Assembly (NCBI GenBank): GCA_039029395.1
Contig: JBCCGG010000001.1
Location: 26,974-90,973 of the forward strand
Length of the DNA stretch: 64,000 bases
Direction: 5' to 3'
DNA from: Pseudomonadota bacterium
Lineage (GTDB): Bacteria; Pseudomonadota; Alphaproteobacteria; Kiloniellales; JAKSDN01
Part shown: positions 10,192 to 20,964 of the stretch, piece after piece
Layout of the letters: the number at the start of each line of letters is the position of its first letter
Position numbering within the stretch: position 1 is the stretch's first letter
The notes under the pieces: generated by a model
What the model was told of the DNA's origin: nothing
The model's input: the letters and a program-made list of their open reading frames with translations, nothing else
The model's database searches: none
Program-made: the position numbers and the translations under genes

Positions 10192-10812
10192 ATGTTCACC
10201 GGAATCGTTACAGACCTCGGCCGCGTGCGCAGTGTCGAGCGCCGCGACCTAGGAGAGGGCGGCGACTCTCGCTTCGTGCTCGAGACGGCCTATGACACCG
10301 GCACCATCGAGATCGGCGCATCTATCGCCTGCTCCGGTGCCTGCCTTACGGTTGTCGAGAAAGGACCGGGCTGGTTCGCGGTCGACGTCTCGGCCGAGAC
10401 CTTGGCCTGCACCACCTTGGGCGCTTGGCAGCCCGGCCGCCCGGTCAACTTGGAGCGCTCGCTCACCCTGAAGGACGAGCTTGGCGGCCACCTGGTGCTG
10501 GGCCACGTGGATGGGGTCGGCCAGACCGTGGCGCGCGAGCCGGAAGGCGATTCCTTGCGGTTTACGTTCCTGGCGCCGGCCGAGATCGCCGGCCTGATCG
10601 CGGCAAAGGGCTCGATCGCGGTCGACGGCGTCTCCTTGACCGTCAATCAAGTCGAGGATCAAGCCGATGGCGGCGCACGCTTCGGCATCAACATCATTCC
10701 CCACACAGCCCAGGTCACCAGCCTGGGCGGGCTTGCGCCCGGCGATCCGGTCAACCTGGAAATCGACCTCGTCGCACGCTACCTTCAGCGCTTTCAGCAA
10801 CGGGCTGGTTAG
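10192..10812 (+). CDS. ribE: riboflavin synthase alpha subunit
   Basis: The ORF starts MFTGIVTDLGRVRSV and has the two-fold lumazine-binding repeat. An internal ATG inside the longer listed ORF was chosen as the start. Confidence 0.9.
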   Translation: MFTGIVTDLGRVRSVERRDLGEGGDSRFVLETAYDTGTIEIGASIACSGACLTVVEKGPGWFAVDVSAETLACTTLGAWQPGRPVNLERSLTLKDELGGHLVLGHVDGVGQTVAREPEGDSLRFTFLAPAEIAGLIAAKGSIAVDGVSLTVNQVEDQADGGARFGINIIPHTAQVTSLGGLAPGDPVNLEIDLVARYLQRFQQRAG

Positions 10813-10821
10813 GAAGTCAAA

Positions 10822-11277
10822 GTGACCAAGGTCTTGATCGTAGAGGCGCGCTTCTATCCGGAGGTCGCCGATGAGCTGCTCGCTGGCGCCATGGGCGCGC
10901 TGCGCGAGGGCGGCGTGGTGTGCGACCGGATCTCGGTGCCCGGCGCCTTCGAGATTCCGGCGGTCATCGCCATGGCGGTACGCGCGGCCAAGAACCGGGA
11001 CAATCAAGGCGCCTACGACGGCTTTTTGGCACTCGGCTGCGTGATCCGCGGCGAGACCAGCCACTACGACTACGTCTGCGCCGAGAGCGCGCGCAAGCTG
11101 CAGGACCTGGCCTGCGACCATGCCGTTGCCGTGGGCTACGGCATCCTGACCTGCGAGACCATGGCCCAGGCCCAAGCGCGCGCCGACCGGGACGGACACA
11201 ACAAGGGCGGTGCGGTCGCCGAAGCCTGCCTGCGCATGATCGAGATTCGACGCGGCTTCGGCCTGGCCGACCAATGA
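10822..11277 (+). CDS. ribH: 6,7-dimethyl-8-ribityllumazine synthase
   Basis: MTKVLIVEARFYPEVADELLAGA...GCVIRGETSHYDYV is typical RibH. The start is GTG. Confidence 0.9.
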   Translation: MTKVLIVEARFYPEVADELLAGAMGALREGGVVCDRISVPGAFEIPAVIAMAVRAAKNRDNQGAYDGFLALGCVIRGETSHYDYVCAESARKLQDLACDHAVAVGYGILTCETMAQAQARADRDGHNKGGAVAEACLRMIEIRRGFGLADQ

Positions 11278-11290
11278 GAAGGAACCGGAC

Positions 11291-11785
11291 GTGAGCGGCA
11301 AAGGGCGAAGCGAAGCGCGCAGCGTGGCGCGTCTGGGCGCGGTCCAGGCACTTTACCAGATCGAGATGATAGGCGCCGATACGGGTGCCGTGATCGAGGA
11401 GTTCCTCGAGCATCGCCTCGGCGAGACATTGGATGGGGTCGCGCTGGGCGATGCCGACCGGGAGCTGTTCCGCACATTGGTCGCCGGCACCATGGCCGAG
11501 CGCGATGACCTGGACGACATGCTCGCCGCGGTGCTGGCCGAGGGTTGGCCGGTCGAGCGCCTGGAGGCGATACTGCGGGCGATCTTGCGCTGCGGCGCCT
11601 ACGAGATCGGCTACTGCGACGAGATTCCGCCCAAGGTCAGCATCACCGAGTACGTCCGCCTGACCGAGACCTTCTTCGAGGGCAAGGAACCTGGCATGGC
11701 CAATGCCGTGCTCGACAAGCTGGCCCACAGCCTCTGGCCGGAGGAGATGGAAGCGACACCGCCGTGTCCGGCGAATTCGAACTGA
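11291..11785 (+). CDS. nusB: transcription antitermination factor NusB
   Basis: ARSVARLGAVQALYQIEM...LRCGAYEIGYCDEIPPKVSITEYV is typical NusB. The start is GTG. Confidence 0.9.
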   Translation: MSGKGRSEARSVARLGAVQALYQIEMIGADTGAVIEEFLEHRLGETLDGVALGDADRELFRTLVAGTMAERDDLDDMLAAVLAEGWPVERLEAILRAILRCGAYEIGYCDEIPPKVSITEYVRLTETFFEGKEPGMANAVLDKLAHSLWPEEMEATPPCPANSN

Positions 11786-12744
11786 TCGCAGACTACTTCG
11801 CGCCCTTGGCCGGACCGGGCGGTCTCGGCCTGCGGGACGACGCGGCGCTCTTTTCCCCTCGGCCGGGCTGCCAGGTCGTCGCGACAGCCGATGCCTTGGT
11901 CGCAGGTGTCCACTTTTTTGCCGAGGATCCACCAGAGCTGATCGCCAGGAAGGCGCTTCGCGTCAATCTCTCGGATCTCGCCGCGATGGGTGCCCAACCA
12001 CTCGGCTACCTCTTGACCGCTGCCTGGCCGGCGCCGCCGCAAGCGGAGTGGATCGCAAGTTTTACCGCCGGCTTGGCGGCCGACCAGAAGGAGTTCCGAG
12101 TTCCGCTTCTGGGCGGCGACACGACCGCGACGCCCGGCCCGCTTACCCTCTCGGTCACCGCCTTGGGGGACGTCGCCGCCGGCCGATCGCTCCGGCGTGA
12201 CCAGGCGCGTCCGGGCGAGACCATATACCTTTCAGGTACCCTGGGCGACGGTGCCTTGGGCTTGGCGGTCCAAAGCGACGGCGGTGGGCTCGGGGGCTTG
12301 GACGAGCCCAATCGGGAGCACTTGATCGGGCGATATCGCTTACCCCAGCCACGGCTAGCCCTTGGGCGCCTGCTCAGCGAGCGTGGCTTGGCGCGCGCCG
12401 CGATCGACCTGTCGGACGGATTGGCCGCCGATCTGGGTCACGTCCTGGCGGCCTCCGCTGCGGCCGGTGAGGTTCATTGCGACCGCCTGCCTCTGTCCGC
12501 TGCCGCGCGCGCCGCAGTTGCCCTTGAGCCGGAGTCGCTCAGCAAGATTCTGAGCGGTGGCGATGACTACGAGCTACTCTTTACCGCGTCACCCGAGCAA
12601 GCGAAGGCAATCTCGGCCCTGGCCGATGAGCTCGCGCTCCCGCTCACGCCTATCGGCGAGATCGCACCTGGTCAGGGCTTGACCTTGCTGGATTCGAACG
12701 GCAAGAGCATCGAGCTCGATAGGGTTGGATGGAGTCATTTTTAG
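11764..12744 (+). CDS. thiL: thiamine-monophosphate kinase
   Basis: The GTG start gives VSGEFELIADYFAPL...DDAA, then the AIR synthase-related domain and SGGDDYELLFT. It overlaps the nusB stop. The rest of the listed ORF from 11545 is upstream read-through. Confidence 0.85.
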   Translation: MSGEFELIADYFAPLAGPGGLGLRDDAALFSPRPGCQVVATADALVAGVHFFAEDPPELIARKALRVNLSDLAAMGAQPLGYLLTAAWPAPPQAEWIASFTAGLAADQKEFRVPLLGGDTTATPGPLTLSVTALGDVAAGRSLRRDQARPGETIYLSGTLGDGALGLAVQSDGGGLGGLDEPNREHLIGRYRLPQPRLALGRLLSERGLARAAIDLSDGLAADLGHVLAASAAAGEVHCDRLPLSAAARAAVALEPESLSKILSGGDDYELLFTASPEQAKAISALADELALPLTPIGEIAPGQGLTLLDSNGKSIELDRVGWSHF

Positions 12745-13002
12745 TAATAAAAACAAATAAATAGAAGGTATTTTGAATCATTTTTCTCAACTGTAGATCC
12801 GTTTCTCTTGACCCCTCGATCCGGGTGAGAAAGATACCGGCGCGCCCTTCGAAAGATTGTCTTTTCAAGCGGTTGCACTGAGCGGCGGAGTCTGGCATTT
12901 TCCGCGCGCTTTTGGCCGTCCCCGGGCGGGGCGCCGAACATCCACTCTACACCGAACGCTGGCGCGTCCTGCGCCGCTCCGACGACTTAGGGAAATTCCA
13001 AA

Positions 13003-15108
13003 ATGGTGATCGTGCTGATTTTCGTAATCGCATGTGGCCTGCTCGCGCTGGGCTACGGCTTCTGGGCGGCGCAGAGCGTGCTGAGCGCAAGCGCCGGCAA
13101 CGAGCGCATGCAGCAAATCGCTGGCGCCGTTCAGGAGGGTGCCCAGGCCTACCTTAACCGCCAGTACATGACGATCGGCGGCGTCGGCTTGGTGATCTTC
13201 ATCCTGATCTCTTTGCTGCTCGGCTGGCACGAGGGCGTCGGCTACCTGATCGGCGCCCTGCTGTCGGGCCTGGCCGGCTACATCGGCATGCACATTTCCG
13301 TGCGCGCCAACGTTCGCACCGCCGAGGCGGCCCGCACGGGCCTGGCCGAGGGCCTGGAGATCGGCTTCAAGGCGGGCGCCGTCACCGGCATGCTGGTCGC
13401 GGGCCTGGCGCTGCTGTCGGTCGCCGGCTACTACAGCTTCCTGCTGGCCACCGGGGTCACCGGACGCGGCATTGTTGACGCTCTGGTGGCGCTTGGCTTC
13501 GGCGCTTCGCTGATTTCGATCTTCGCGCGTTTGGGCGGCGGCATCTTCACCAAGGGCGCCGACGTCGGCGCCGACCTGGTCGGCAAGGTCGAGGCCGGTA
13601 TCCCGGAGGACGATCCGCGCAACCCGGCGGTGATCGCCGACAACGTCGGCGACAACGTAGGCGACTGTGCGGGCATGGCGGCTGACCTCTTCGAGACCTA
13701 CGCAGTCACCGTGGTCGCGACCATGGTGCTCTCCTCGATCCTGTTCCTGGGCAACGAGGCGGCCAGCGACATGATGCTCTATCCCTTGGCGATCGGCGGC
13801 GCCTGCATCATCACCTCGGTGATCGGCACCTTCTTCGTGCGCCTCGGCCCGTCCAACAACATCATGGGCGCGCTTTACAAAGGCTTCCTGGTGACCGGCG
13901 TTCTGTCGGCGATTCTGCTGTTTCCGATCACTTGGGTTGTGATCGGCCTGGGCGACATCGGCGGCTCGGGCATCACCGGCCTATCGCTGTTCTTCTGCGG
14001 CGTGATCGGCTTGCTCCTAACCGGTCTGATCATCTGGGTGACCGAGTACTACACCGGCACGGAGTATCGCCCGGTGCGCAGTGTTGCCGAGGCTTCGGTA
14101 ACCGGTCACGGCACCAATGTGATCCAAGGCCTAGCGGTCTCCATGGAGGCGACGGCGATCCCGGCGGTGCTGATCTGCGTCGCGATCATCGCGACCTTCC
14201 TGCTGGGCGGCCTGCTTGGCATCGCGATCGCGGTCACCGCCATGCTCGCCTTGACCGGCGTGGTCGTGGCGCTGGATGCCTATGGCCCGGTGACCGACAA
14301 CGCCGGCGGCATCGCCGAAATGGCCGAGCTCGACGAGTCGGTGCGCAAGACGACCGACGCCCTGGATGCGGTCGGCAACACCACCAAGGCGGTGACCAAG
14401 GGCTACGCCATTGGTTCGGCCGGTCTAGGCGCGCTGGTGCTCTTCGCGGCCTACACCCAGGATCTCAACTTCTTCTCGAGCAACCCGACGGAGTTCCCTT
14501 ACTTCGAGGGCGTGCAGGTGGACTTCACCCTTTCCAACCCCTTTGTCGTGGTCGGGCTCTTCGCCGGTGGGCTCTTGCCTTACCTGTTCGGGGCGCTCGG
14601 CATGACCGCGGTCGGCCGGGCGGCCGGCTCGGTGGTGCTCGAGGTGCGCCGCCAGTTCAAGGAGATCCCGGGCATCATGGAGGGTACTGGCAAGCCCCAG
14701 TACGGGAAATGCGTCGACCTGCTCACCAAGGCGGCGATCAAGGAGATGATCATCCCCTCGCTTCTGCCGGTCCTGGCGCCGGTCGTCCTCTATCTCATCG
14801 TTCTGGCGATCGCCGGCAAGTCGGAGGCCTTCTCGGCGGTCGGCGCCATGCTGTTGGGCGTGATCGTGACCGGGCTGTTCGTGGCAATCTCCATGACCGC
14901 CGGCGGCGGCGCTTGGGACAATGCCAAAAAGTACATTGAGGACGGCAACCACGGCGGCAAAGGCTCCGAGGCCCACATGGCCGCGGTCACCGGCGACACG
15001 GTGGGCGATCCCTACAAGGATACCGCAGGTCCCGCCGTCAACCCGATGATCAAGATCACCAACATCGTGGCCTTGTTGCTGCTGGCGGCGCTCGCCGCAC
15101 AGTCGTAG
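13003..15108 (+). CDS. hppA: membrane-bound proton-translocating pyrophosphatase (V-PPase)
   Basis: The 701-aa polytopic membrane protein carries the hallmark motifs GGG(I/L)[16 protein letters not shown] and [19 protein letters not shown]. Confidence 0.95.
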   Translation: MVIVLIFVIACGLLALGYGFWAAQSVLSASAGNERMQQIAGAVQEGAQAYLNRQYMTIGGVGLVIFILISLLLGWHEGVGYLIGALLSGLAGYIGMHISVRANVRTAEAARTGLAEGLEIGFKAGAVTGMLVAGLALLSVAGYYSFLLATGVTGRGIVDALVALGFGASLISIFARLGGGIFTKGADVGADLVGKVEAGIPEDDPRNPAVIADNVGDNVGDCAGMAADLFETYAVTVVATMVLSSILFLGNEAASDMMLYPLAIGGACIITSVIGTFFVRLGPSNNIMGALYKGFLVTGVLSAILLFPITWVVIGLGDIGGSGITGLSLFFCGVIGLLLTGLIIWVTEYYTGTEYRPVRSVAEASVTGHGTNVIQGLAVSMEATAIPAVLICVAIIATFLLGGLLGIAIAVTAMLALTGVVVALDAYGPVTDNAGGIAEMAELDESVRKTTDALDAVGNTTKAVTKGYAIGSAGLGALVLFAAYTQDLNFFSSNPTEFPYFEGVQVDFTLSNPFVVVGLFAGGLLPYLFGALGMTAVGRAAGSVVLEVRRQFKEIPGIMEGTGKPQYGKCVDLLTKAAIKEMIIPSLLPVLAPVVLYLIVLAIAGKSEAFSAVGAMLLGVIVTGLFVAISMTAGGGAWDNAKKYIEDGNHGGKGSEAHMAAVTGDTVGDPYKDTAGPAVNPMIKITNIVALLLLAALAAQS

Positions 15109-15122
15109 CAACCTAAGAAAAG

Positions 15123-15168
15123 ACGGGCGCCGCCTTGGCCAGATATGCCGAGGTGTCGCCCGGTTTTT
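15123..15168 (+). terminator. rho-independent terminator downstream of hppA
   Basis: A GC hairpin GGGCGCC...GTCGCCCGG is followed by TTTTTGTGTGG. Confidence 0.6.
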
Positions 15169-15285
15169 GTGTGGTATCGACGCCTTTGATTATAAAGGAA
15201 ATTAATCCTCAAAAGCAGCTTGCGATCTGACCGATTCGCTGATCTTATGGCCTCTTTCTATCCGAGATCACGATGGGAGCCAGAG

Positions 15286-15561
15286 ATGCGGAAGTATATG
15301 ATCGAGCGGGACCTGCCCGCGGTCGGCAGCTTGGAGCGCGAAGAGCTTAAGGGCGCGGCCCAGAAGTCGAACGAAGCCTTGCATGAGCTCGGTTCCGACA
15401 TCCAGTGGGTGGAATCCTTCGTTGCCGCCGACAAGACCTTCTGCGTCTATCTGGCCAAGGACGAGGAGATCATCCGCAAGCACGCTGAGATAAGCGGCTT
15501 CCCTGCCAACAAAATCACCGAGATCGGCAAGATGATCGATCCGACCACGGCCGGCGGCTAA
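15286..15561 (+). CDS. DUF4242 family small protein
   Basis: The 91-aa ORF starts at the internal Met MRKYMIERDLPA. The KTFCVYLAKDEEIIRKHAE pattern resembles the DUF4242 (nickel-binding-like) family. Confidence 0.55.
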   Translation: MRKYMIERDLPAVGSLEREELKGAAQKSNEALHELGSDIQWVESFVAADKTFCVYLAKDEEIIRKHAEISGFPANKITEIGKMIDPTTAGG

Positions 15562-15625
15562 GCGCGCCGCACGATAATTCAGTGTGGGGTGAGCAACACT
15601 CCGAGAACGTCGAGCCGGTCGCTGA

Positions 15626-18423
15626 CTAGTTGACCTTGGCGCAGGCTAGACGGTCGCGCACGGTCTTGAGCACCTCTTCGGGCGCGAAAGGCTTCTCGAT
15701 GGTTGGGCAGCCGGCGGCATCGAGGAAGCTCTCGATGCCGGCGCTTAGCGTGTCGCCGGTGACGAAGACCAGGCGTTCGGTTAAACCTGGATCCATGGTC
15801 TTGAGCTCCTTGTAGAGCCCCATGCCATCCAAATCGGGCATGCGCAAGTCGCTCAGGATCAGGTCGAAGCTGCTTTCGTTGATCAGGCGCAGGGCCTGGC
15901 GGCCGCTCTCGGCGATGGCGGTCACGTGGCCGTCGGCCTCCAGGATGTCGACCAGCACCTGGGCGATCTCGGGCTCGTCGTCGACCACCAGCAGCCGGCA
16001 AGGCCGCACACCGGGCGTATCGTCCTGGATGGTTCCACCGGCCGCGGCGCCCTCGCCAAGCGGCAGAGTCACCACAAAGGTCGCGCCGCCGCCGGGCGTC
16101 TGCTGTAGGCTAAGCACACCATTGTGGGCGCGCACCGCGGCCAGGCTGACCGAGAGGCCGACGCCGGTGCCGCTGCCCGAGGGCTTGGTGGTGTAGAAGG
16201 GGTCGAAGATTCGCGAGCGGATCTCGGCCGGGACGCCGGGGCCGTTGTCAGCCACCGTGATCTCGATCTCCCGGCGTGCCGTGAGCGTCCGGGTGCGTAT
16301 CGTCAAGCGCCGACGCCCTGAAACCTCGATCAGCGCGTGCTGAGCGTTGACCACTAGATTCATCACCACCTGGCCGAGCTGGTCGGGGTCGGCCCACAGC
16401 TCCGGCAGCGCCTCGGCCGGCTTGTAGTCCAACTCGACGTCGTTCGAGCGCAGTCCATAGTCGAGCAGCTCAAGCACTTCGCCGACCATCTCGTTGACCT
16501 GGATCGGCTGATGCTCGGGCGGCCGGTGCCGGGCCATGGCCAAGAAGGTCTTGACGATGCGCGCGCAGCGCTCGGCGGCCTGGCGGATTTTTTCCGCGCT
16601 CGAGACCACGTTCTCGTCGGTCGCCGAGCTTGACAGCATGAAGGCGCGGCCGACCACGATCGCCAGCGGATTGTTGAGTTCGTGGGCGACGCCGGCCAGA
16701 AGGGTGCCAAGTGCCGCAAGCTTTTCGCTCTGATGAAGCGCCTCGCGCTGGCGGGCGATCTCGGCCTCGCTCGCTTTCTTCTCGGTCAGATCGACGATGA
16801 AGGAAACGAACATCTCCGAATCACCGACCACGGCGCGTGATATCGTGATCTCGATCGGGAACTCGCTGCCGTCGGCGCGCAGGCCGGTCAGCTCGACCCG
16901 TTGGCCCAACATCGGACCCTCGCCGCTTTGAAGGTAGCTCTCGAAGCCCCGATAGTGGGCCGCGCGCAGGTGGGGCGGGATCAGCAGCTCGGCCATCTGA
17001 CTGCCCAGCACCTCCGTGCGGTCGTAGCCAAAGCACTGCTCGGCGACCGGGTTGAACTCGACGATCTGGCCGCCCCGGTTGATCGCGACGATGGCGCCCA
17101 AGGCGTTCTCGATGATCGCCGACTTGAGCACCTCGCTGTCTCTAAGCGCGGCTTCCGAGTGCTTGAAGTCGCTGATATCGATGATTGCTGACAGATAAGC
17201 CGGCTCGCCATGGTAGCTGAGCGGGCGGATCGACATGAGCGCCCAGAAGTCGCGGCCATCGCCGCGCTTGAGCTGGAGCTCGGCGTTCTGTACCGAGCCA
17301 CGCTGCTCAAGACGCCGCAGGATGCGCTCGCGTTGACTTGGGTCGGCATAAAACGCAGCGGTCCGCCGGCCTTCCAGATCGTCGCGCGGCAGAGCGAAGA
17401 CCTGCGCGCAAGGGCCATTGACCAGGATCAGGCTGCCGTCCTCGACCCGGCTGATGGCGATCGGGATCGGCACCGCCTCGACGATCGCTCTGAAGCGCTC
17501 CTCGCTCTCGCGCACGTGCTCTTCGGCCAACTTGCGGATGGTCGAGTCGTGAATCGAGACGACGATGCGCACCGGGCGCTTCTCATCGTAGAGCACCAGG
17601 CCGCGCAGTGTGACCCAGCGTGCGCCCTCGGCTTCATTCGCCAGGCGGCACTCGCACTCGAACTTCGGCCTGTGGCGTTGGAAGCGATTGGCCAGAATTG
17701 CGCGCAGGGCGTCCGCGTCGTCGTGCGCCAGTTGAGAGAAGAAAGCGTCCGGCGTCGACTCGAGCTGACCCTCCTCGAGGCCAAGGATCTCGTGCAGGCG
17801 GGGCGAGAAGTAGCTCGTGTCGCTCGCCAGATCCCAATCCCACTGGCCGTCGTTGGCGCCGCGCGCCGCCAAGGCATAGCGCTCCTCGCTGATGCGCAGT
17901 CGCTCTTCCGTGCGGGTTCGTGATATCGCGCCGGAGATCAGGATTGCCGCGGTTTTGAGGACGTGAATTTCACTATCGGTCCAGCTGCGCGGCGCGACGC
18001 AATCGTCGAAGCCCAAGAAGCCCCACCAGTCGTCGCCGACCAGAATTGGCACGGAAACGAAGGAAAGCGTGCCGTGCTCCTCGAAAATGCGCCGCGTATC
18101 GCCCGAGGTGTCCTCAAGGTTCGCCTGTATCACCTCGCCGGCCATGCGCCGACGCGACCAGTCGTCGAGCGCCTGGCCCGTCTCTTCGTCCTTGAGCGGG
18201 ATCTCCTGATAGCGCGGGTCCGCGCTGAGCGTCTCGAGGCCGGGCTCTGCCCAGTCATAGCAGCAGCTCTCGACCCAACCCAAAGTCGGGTGCTGGTAGG
18301 CCTTGAAGAGCGTGACCCGGCTGACCCCGGTCGAGGTGCCGAGCTTGGCAAGCAGGCTTTGGATGCCGTCTTCCCAGCTGTCGCCGATCATCTGCGCGGC
18401 AGCCGAAGCGAGCGCCTCGAGCA
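15626..18423 (-). CDS. hybrid sensor histidine kinase/response regulator with GAF and multiple PAS domains
   Basis: The ORF contains GAF and PAS regions, an H-box AHELNNPLA, the HATPase motifs DNGPGV and GSGTGVGLSV, and a C-terminal receiver domain (LLVVDDEPEI...DLILSDLRMPDLDG). The start was set at the internal MLEALASAAAQMIGDSW, because the first ~119 codons of the listed ORF run back toward the upstream response-regulator gene. Confidence 0.85.
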
Positions 18424-18524
18424 TGGCGGTGCGCCGCTGGAGCTCGGTGATCGAGGGGCCGGTGTAGCTGGCCCGGACCTTGTCGCCGGGGGGAGCGCGC
18501 TCTTTCCGGCTGGCCGCCAAAGCC

Positions 18525-19256
18525 TTATTGCCCCGAGTCGGTGACGTAGATGTAGCCCGCGCCGCGCACCGTCTTGATGGTCTGTGGCTTGGAGGGGTCG
18601 GGCTCGATCTTGCGCCGCAGCCGGGCAATGCGGATGTCAATGCTGCGGTCGAAAGGCTCCCAGGAGCGGTTGTGGGACATCTCGAGCAGCTGGTCCCTGT
18701 TGAGCACGCGGTTGGGGTGGGTCGCGAAGGTCTGCAGCAGGTCGAATTCCATCTGTGTGATCGGCACGTCTTCGCCATCGTCGGCGGTCAGCTTACGGGT
18801 CTCCAAATCCAACAGGCAGCGCCCGAAGCGCACCTGGTTGCCGCTGGCCGGCGCGCTCGTCGGGCGGGTGCCCGAATCCGTTTCTTGCTGGGCGCGGCGC
18901 AGCACGCTCTTGGCGCGCGCCAACAGCTCTCGCAGGTCGAAAGGTTTGGAGACATAGTCGTCCGCGCCGACTTCCAATCCGACGATGCGGTCGACCACCG
19001 TGTCCGAGGCCGTCACCATGATGATGCCGCAGCTATAGGTCTCGCGCACGTAACGCGCCAGGCTGATGCCGTCCTCGCCGGGCATGGCAATGTCCAGCAG
19101 GACCAAATCGCAAGGAGTCTCCTCCAAGTGCGCTCGCACCGCCGCGCCGTCCTCGACCGCGGTTACCTGGAAGCCGTTGCTCGAGAGGTATTCGCGCAGC
19201 ATCTCGCGAATTTCGGGCTCGTCGTCGGCGACCAGTATGGTGGGGGTGCTTGACAT
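18525..19256 (-). CDS. OmpR-family DNA-binding response regulator
   Basis: MSSTPTILVADDEPEIREMLREYL is a receiver domain. The C-terminus has winged-helix motifs (RVLNRDQLLE...IKTVRGAGY). Confidence 0.9.
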   Translation of the reverse strand: MSSTPTILVADDEPEIREMLREYLSSNGFQVTAVEDGAAVRAHLEETPCDLVLLDIAMPGEDGISLARYVRETYSCGIIMVTASDTVVDRIVGLEVGADDYVSKPFDLRELLARAKSVLRRAQQETDSGTRPTSAPASGNQVRFGRCLLDLETRKLTADDGEDVPITQMEFDLLQTFATHPNRVLNRDQLLEMSHNRSWEPFDRSIDIRIARLRRKIEPDPSKPQTIKTVRGAGYIYVTDSGQ

Positions 19257-19317
19257 GGCTCCGGTTGGGCTATTGGACCTCGGGGACACTATTGTAGGAG
19301 ACGAATCGCTTTTGCCT

Positions 19318-19740
19318 CTAGTCAGATGATAAGCGCTGGGGGCGGCCGCGGGCCAGGGCGCCGTCCGCGCGGGCGGAGAGGTAAGCATAGAGGTCTCGGA
19401 CGTAGGGCGCGACATTTGGGTCATTGGCATAGCCCTTCATCACCGAATTGCCACTTGAGCGGCCCTCTAGGACCGCCGATTGGAACGCGGCAAAGTCCAA
19501 GGGGCGGGTGATCAGCGCCGGTCCGAAGCTGCTGCCGATGCCGTCCGGCCCGTGACAGTGGTTGCAGCCCGCGTGATAGCGCCGGTAGCCGTTGTAGGTG
19601 CCCTGGTCGACCTTGCCGTCGATCACCTGATAGGGCTTGGCGGCCTGGCCGGCGCTGCCGTGGGCGGGCAGTGCCAGAAGGCAGAGCGCGACAAGTAGAC
19701 CGCGGCTCCACGTGCGGCCGCCTAGTTGGTGGTCGCCCGG
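19318..19740 (-). CDS. class I c-type cytochrome (monohaem, periplasmic); start codon unresolved
   Basis: There is a signal peptide RTWSRGLLVALCLLALPAHGSA, then the haem-binding motif CNHCH and an about 110-aa mature domain. No in-frame ATG, GTG or TTG was found before the signal peptide, so the 5' boundary is approximate. Confidence 0.55.
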   Translation of the reverse strand, partial: PGDHQLGGRTWSRGLLVALCLLALPAHGSAGQAAKPYQVIDGKVDQGTYNGYRRYHAGCNHCHGPDGIGSSFGPALITRPLDFAAFQSAVLEGRSSGNSVMKGYANDPNVAPYVRDLYAYLSARADGALARGRPQRLSSD

Positions 19741-20138
19741 AACACCTTGGTGTCGCCGTCGAGCACCACCAAGGTGTCGGCGCTGTTGCCGCAGATCATC
19801 TCGATGGTCCGGCCCTCCACGCTGTCGATGCCGGCCTGCTGGCCCGGATTCAAGCTGACGCGCAGGCGTGCCGCGGAGGTTGGGGAAGCCAGCTCCGGGT
19901 CGGAAGTCTCGACCACCATCATGGTCACGTCGCACTGACCGTCGCCTTTCGCGAAATATCCAATCGCCTGTTTCGAGCCCAGAGTGTAGCTGATCGACTG
20001 GATCGGGCGATAGACGTTCTCCGAAACGCCGTGAGGCAGCGGCGCAACGCCGCTTGAGGCAGACCAAATGAAACCGGTCGCCAGGGCGCCGCCCAGAACC
20101 ATCGTCGACATGAATCGCTGCTTTGTCATGACCTGCAC
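19722..20138 (-). CDS. small secreted protein of unknown function
   Basis: The 138-aa ORF has a clear Sec signal peptide (MTKQRFMSTMVLGGALATGFIWSASS). It is the first gene of a four-gene co-directional cluster with the cytochrome c, response regulator and sensor kinase. Confidence 0.45.
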   Translation of the reverse strand: MQVMTKQRFMSTMVLGGALATGFIWSASSGVAPLPHGVSENVYRPIQSISYTLGSKQAIGYFAKGDGQCDVTMMVVETSDPELASPTSAARLRVSLNPGQQAGIDSVEGRTIEMICGNSADTLVVLDGDTKVFRATTN

Positions 20139-20280
20139 TCCCGAGGCTTGTTGTGGTCCGGCGCTCGCTGGAGGAGCGCCTTATCGGCTCGAGAGAAAAG
20201 CTAGTGGCTGGCTGTTTCTGTCAGATGTCGTGCAAGATGGTTTCGTGTTTCAATTGTTTCAGCGTGCATTCGACACGACA

Positions 20281-20310
20281 AAAGCCGGCCAAACAGGGTT
20301 TGGCCGGTCC
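20281..20310 (-). terminator. rho-independent terminator downstream of rpsU
   Basis: On the minus strand, the hairpin ACCGGCCAAAC-CCTG-GTTTGGCCGG is followed by TTTTG. Confidence 0.6.
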
Positions 20311-20384
20311 GAACGGCGGTCTCGTCGTGTCTGTCGAAGGGGCTTTTACCGCCCGGCGCGCTGTTCAGGCCGGGCGGGGGAGGG

Positions 20385-20588
20385 CTAGAATCCCTCGCGC
20401 TCCATACGCTTGCGAAGCAGCTTGCGATAACGGCGCACGGCTTCGGCGCGCTCGCGCTTACGTCGCTGCGAGGGTTTCTCGAAATGGCGGCGCAGCTTCA
20501 TCTCGCGAAATATACCCTCGCGCTGCATCTTCTTTTTCAGAGCGCGCAGGGCCTGATCGACATTGTTGTCGCGGACGTGAACGTACAC
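20385..20588 (-). CDS. rpsU: 30S ribosomal protein S21
   Basis: [46 protein letters not shown] is canonical S21. Confidence 0.9.
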   Translation of the reverse strand: MYVHVRDNNVDQALRALKKKMQREGIFREMKLRRHFEKPSQRRKRERAEAVRRYRKLLRKRMEREGF

Positions 20589-20964
20589 GGGTGACCAAGT
20601 CTCCTTTCATGAGCCACGCGTGGCTCGTTCCTCTGTTTTCGGACAATCCCACGATTTAGCTCAAAATCAAGGGGAATTTTGAGTAAACCAAAGGGTTCGC
20701 CAGCGACTCATATCGCGGCGCAAGACTGTCTTGTATCATAGAGTCGGGGTCTTTGGGAAGGGCGGTTTCGCCAGATTCGATCCGTCCGCACTTTGTGACC
20801 GCTTGCGAGGGGGCTTCACCAACCCTTTGAAAAATTTAATTTTACTTGTATGCCGCAGATTGTACGCCTGTGACGGCTGCAAATGGTCGATCTTTTGGCC
20901 CCGCGCGGGCATACTTCGGCCCTTGATGCCATCGCGGCGTACAAGGCGAGAAAAAAGGGGTGTC

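Noticed and set aside
10812-10822. An FMN riboswitch in the rib operon
   Set aside because: ribD, ribE and ribH are separated by 10 bp or less, and nrdR directly precedes ribD. There is no room for an RFN element, and no ribBA gene here for it to regulate.
13932-15111. Two long ORFs (plus-strand 335 aa, minus-strand 228 aa) inside hppA
   Set aside because: They are alternative frames or antisense of the pyrophosphatase gene. Their Arg/Gly/Asp-rich composition is meaningless.
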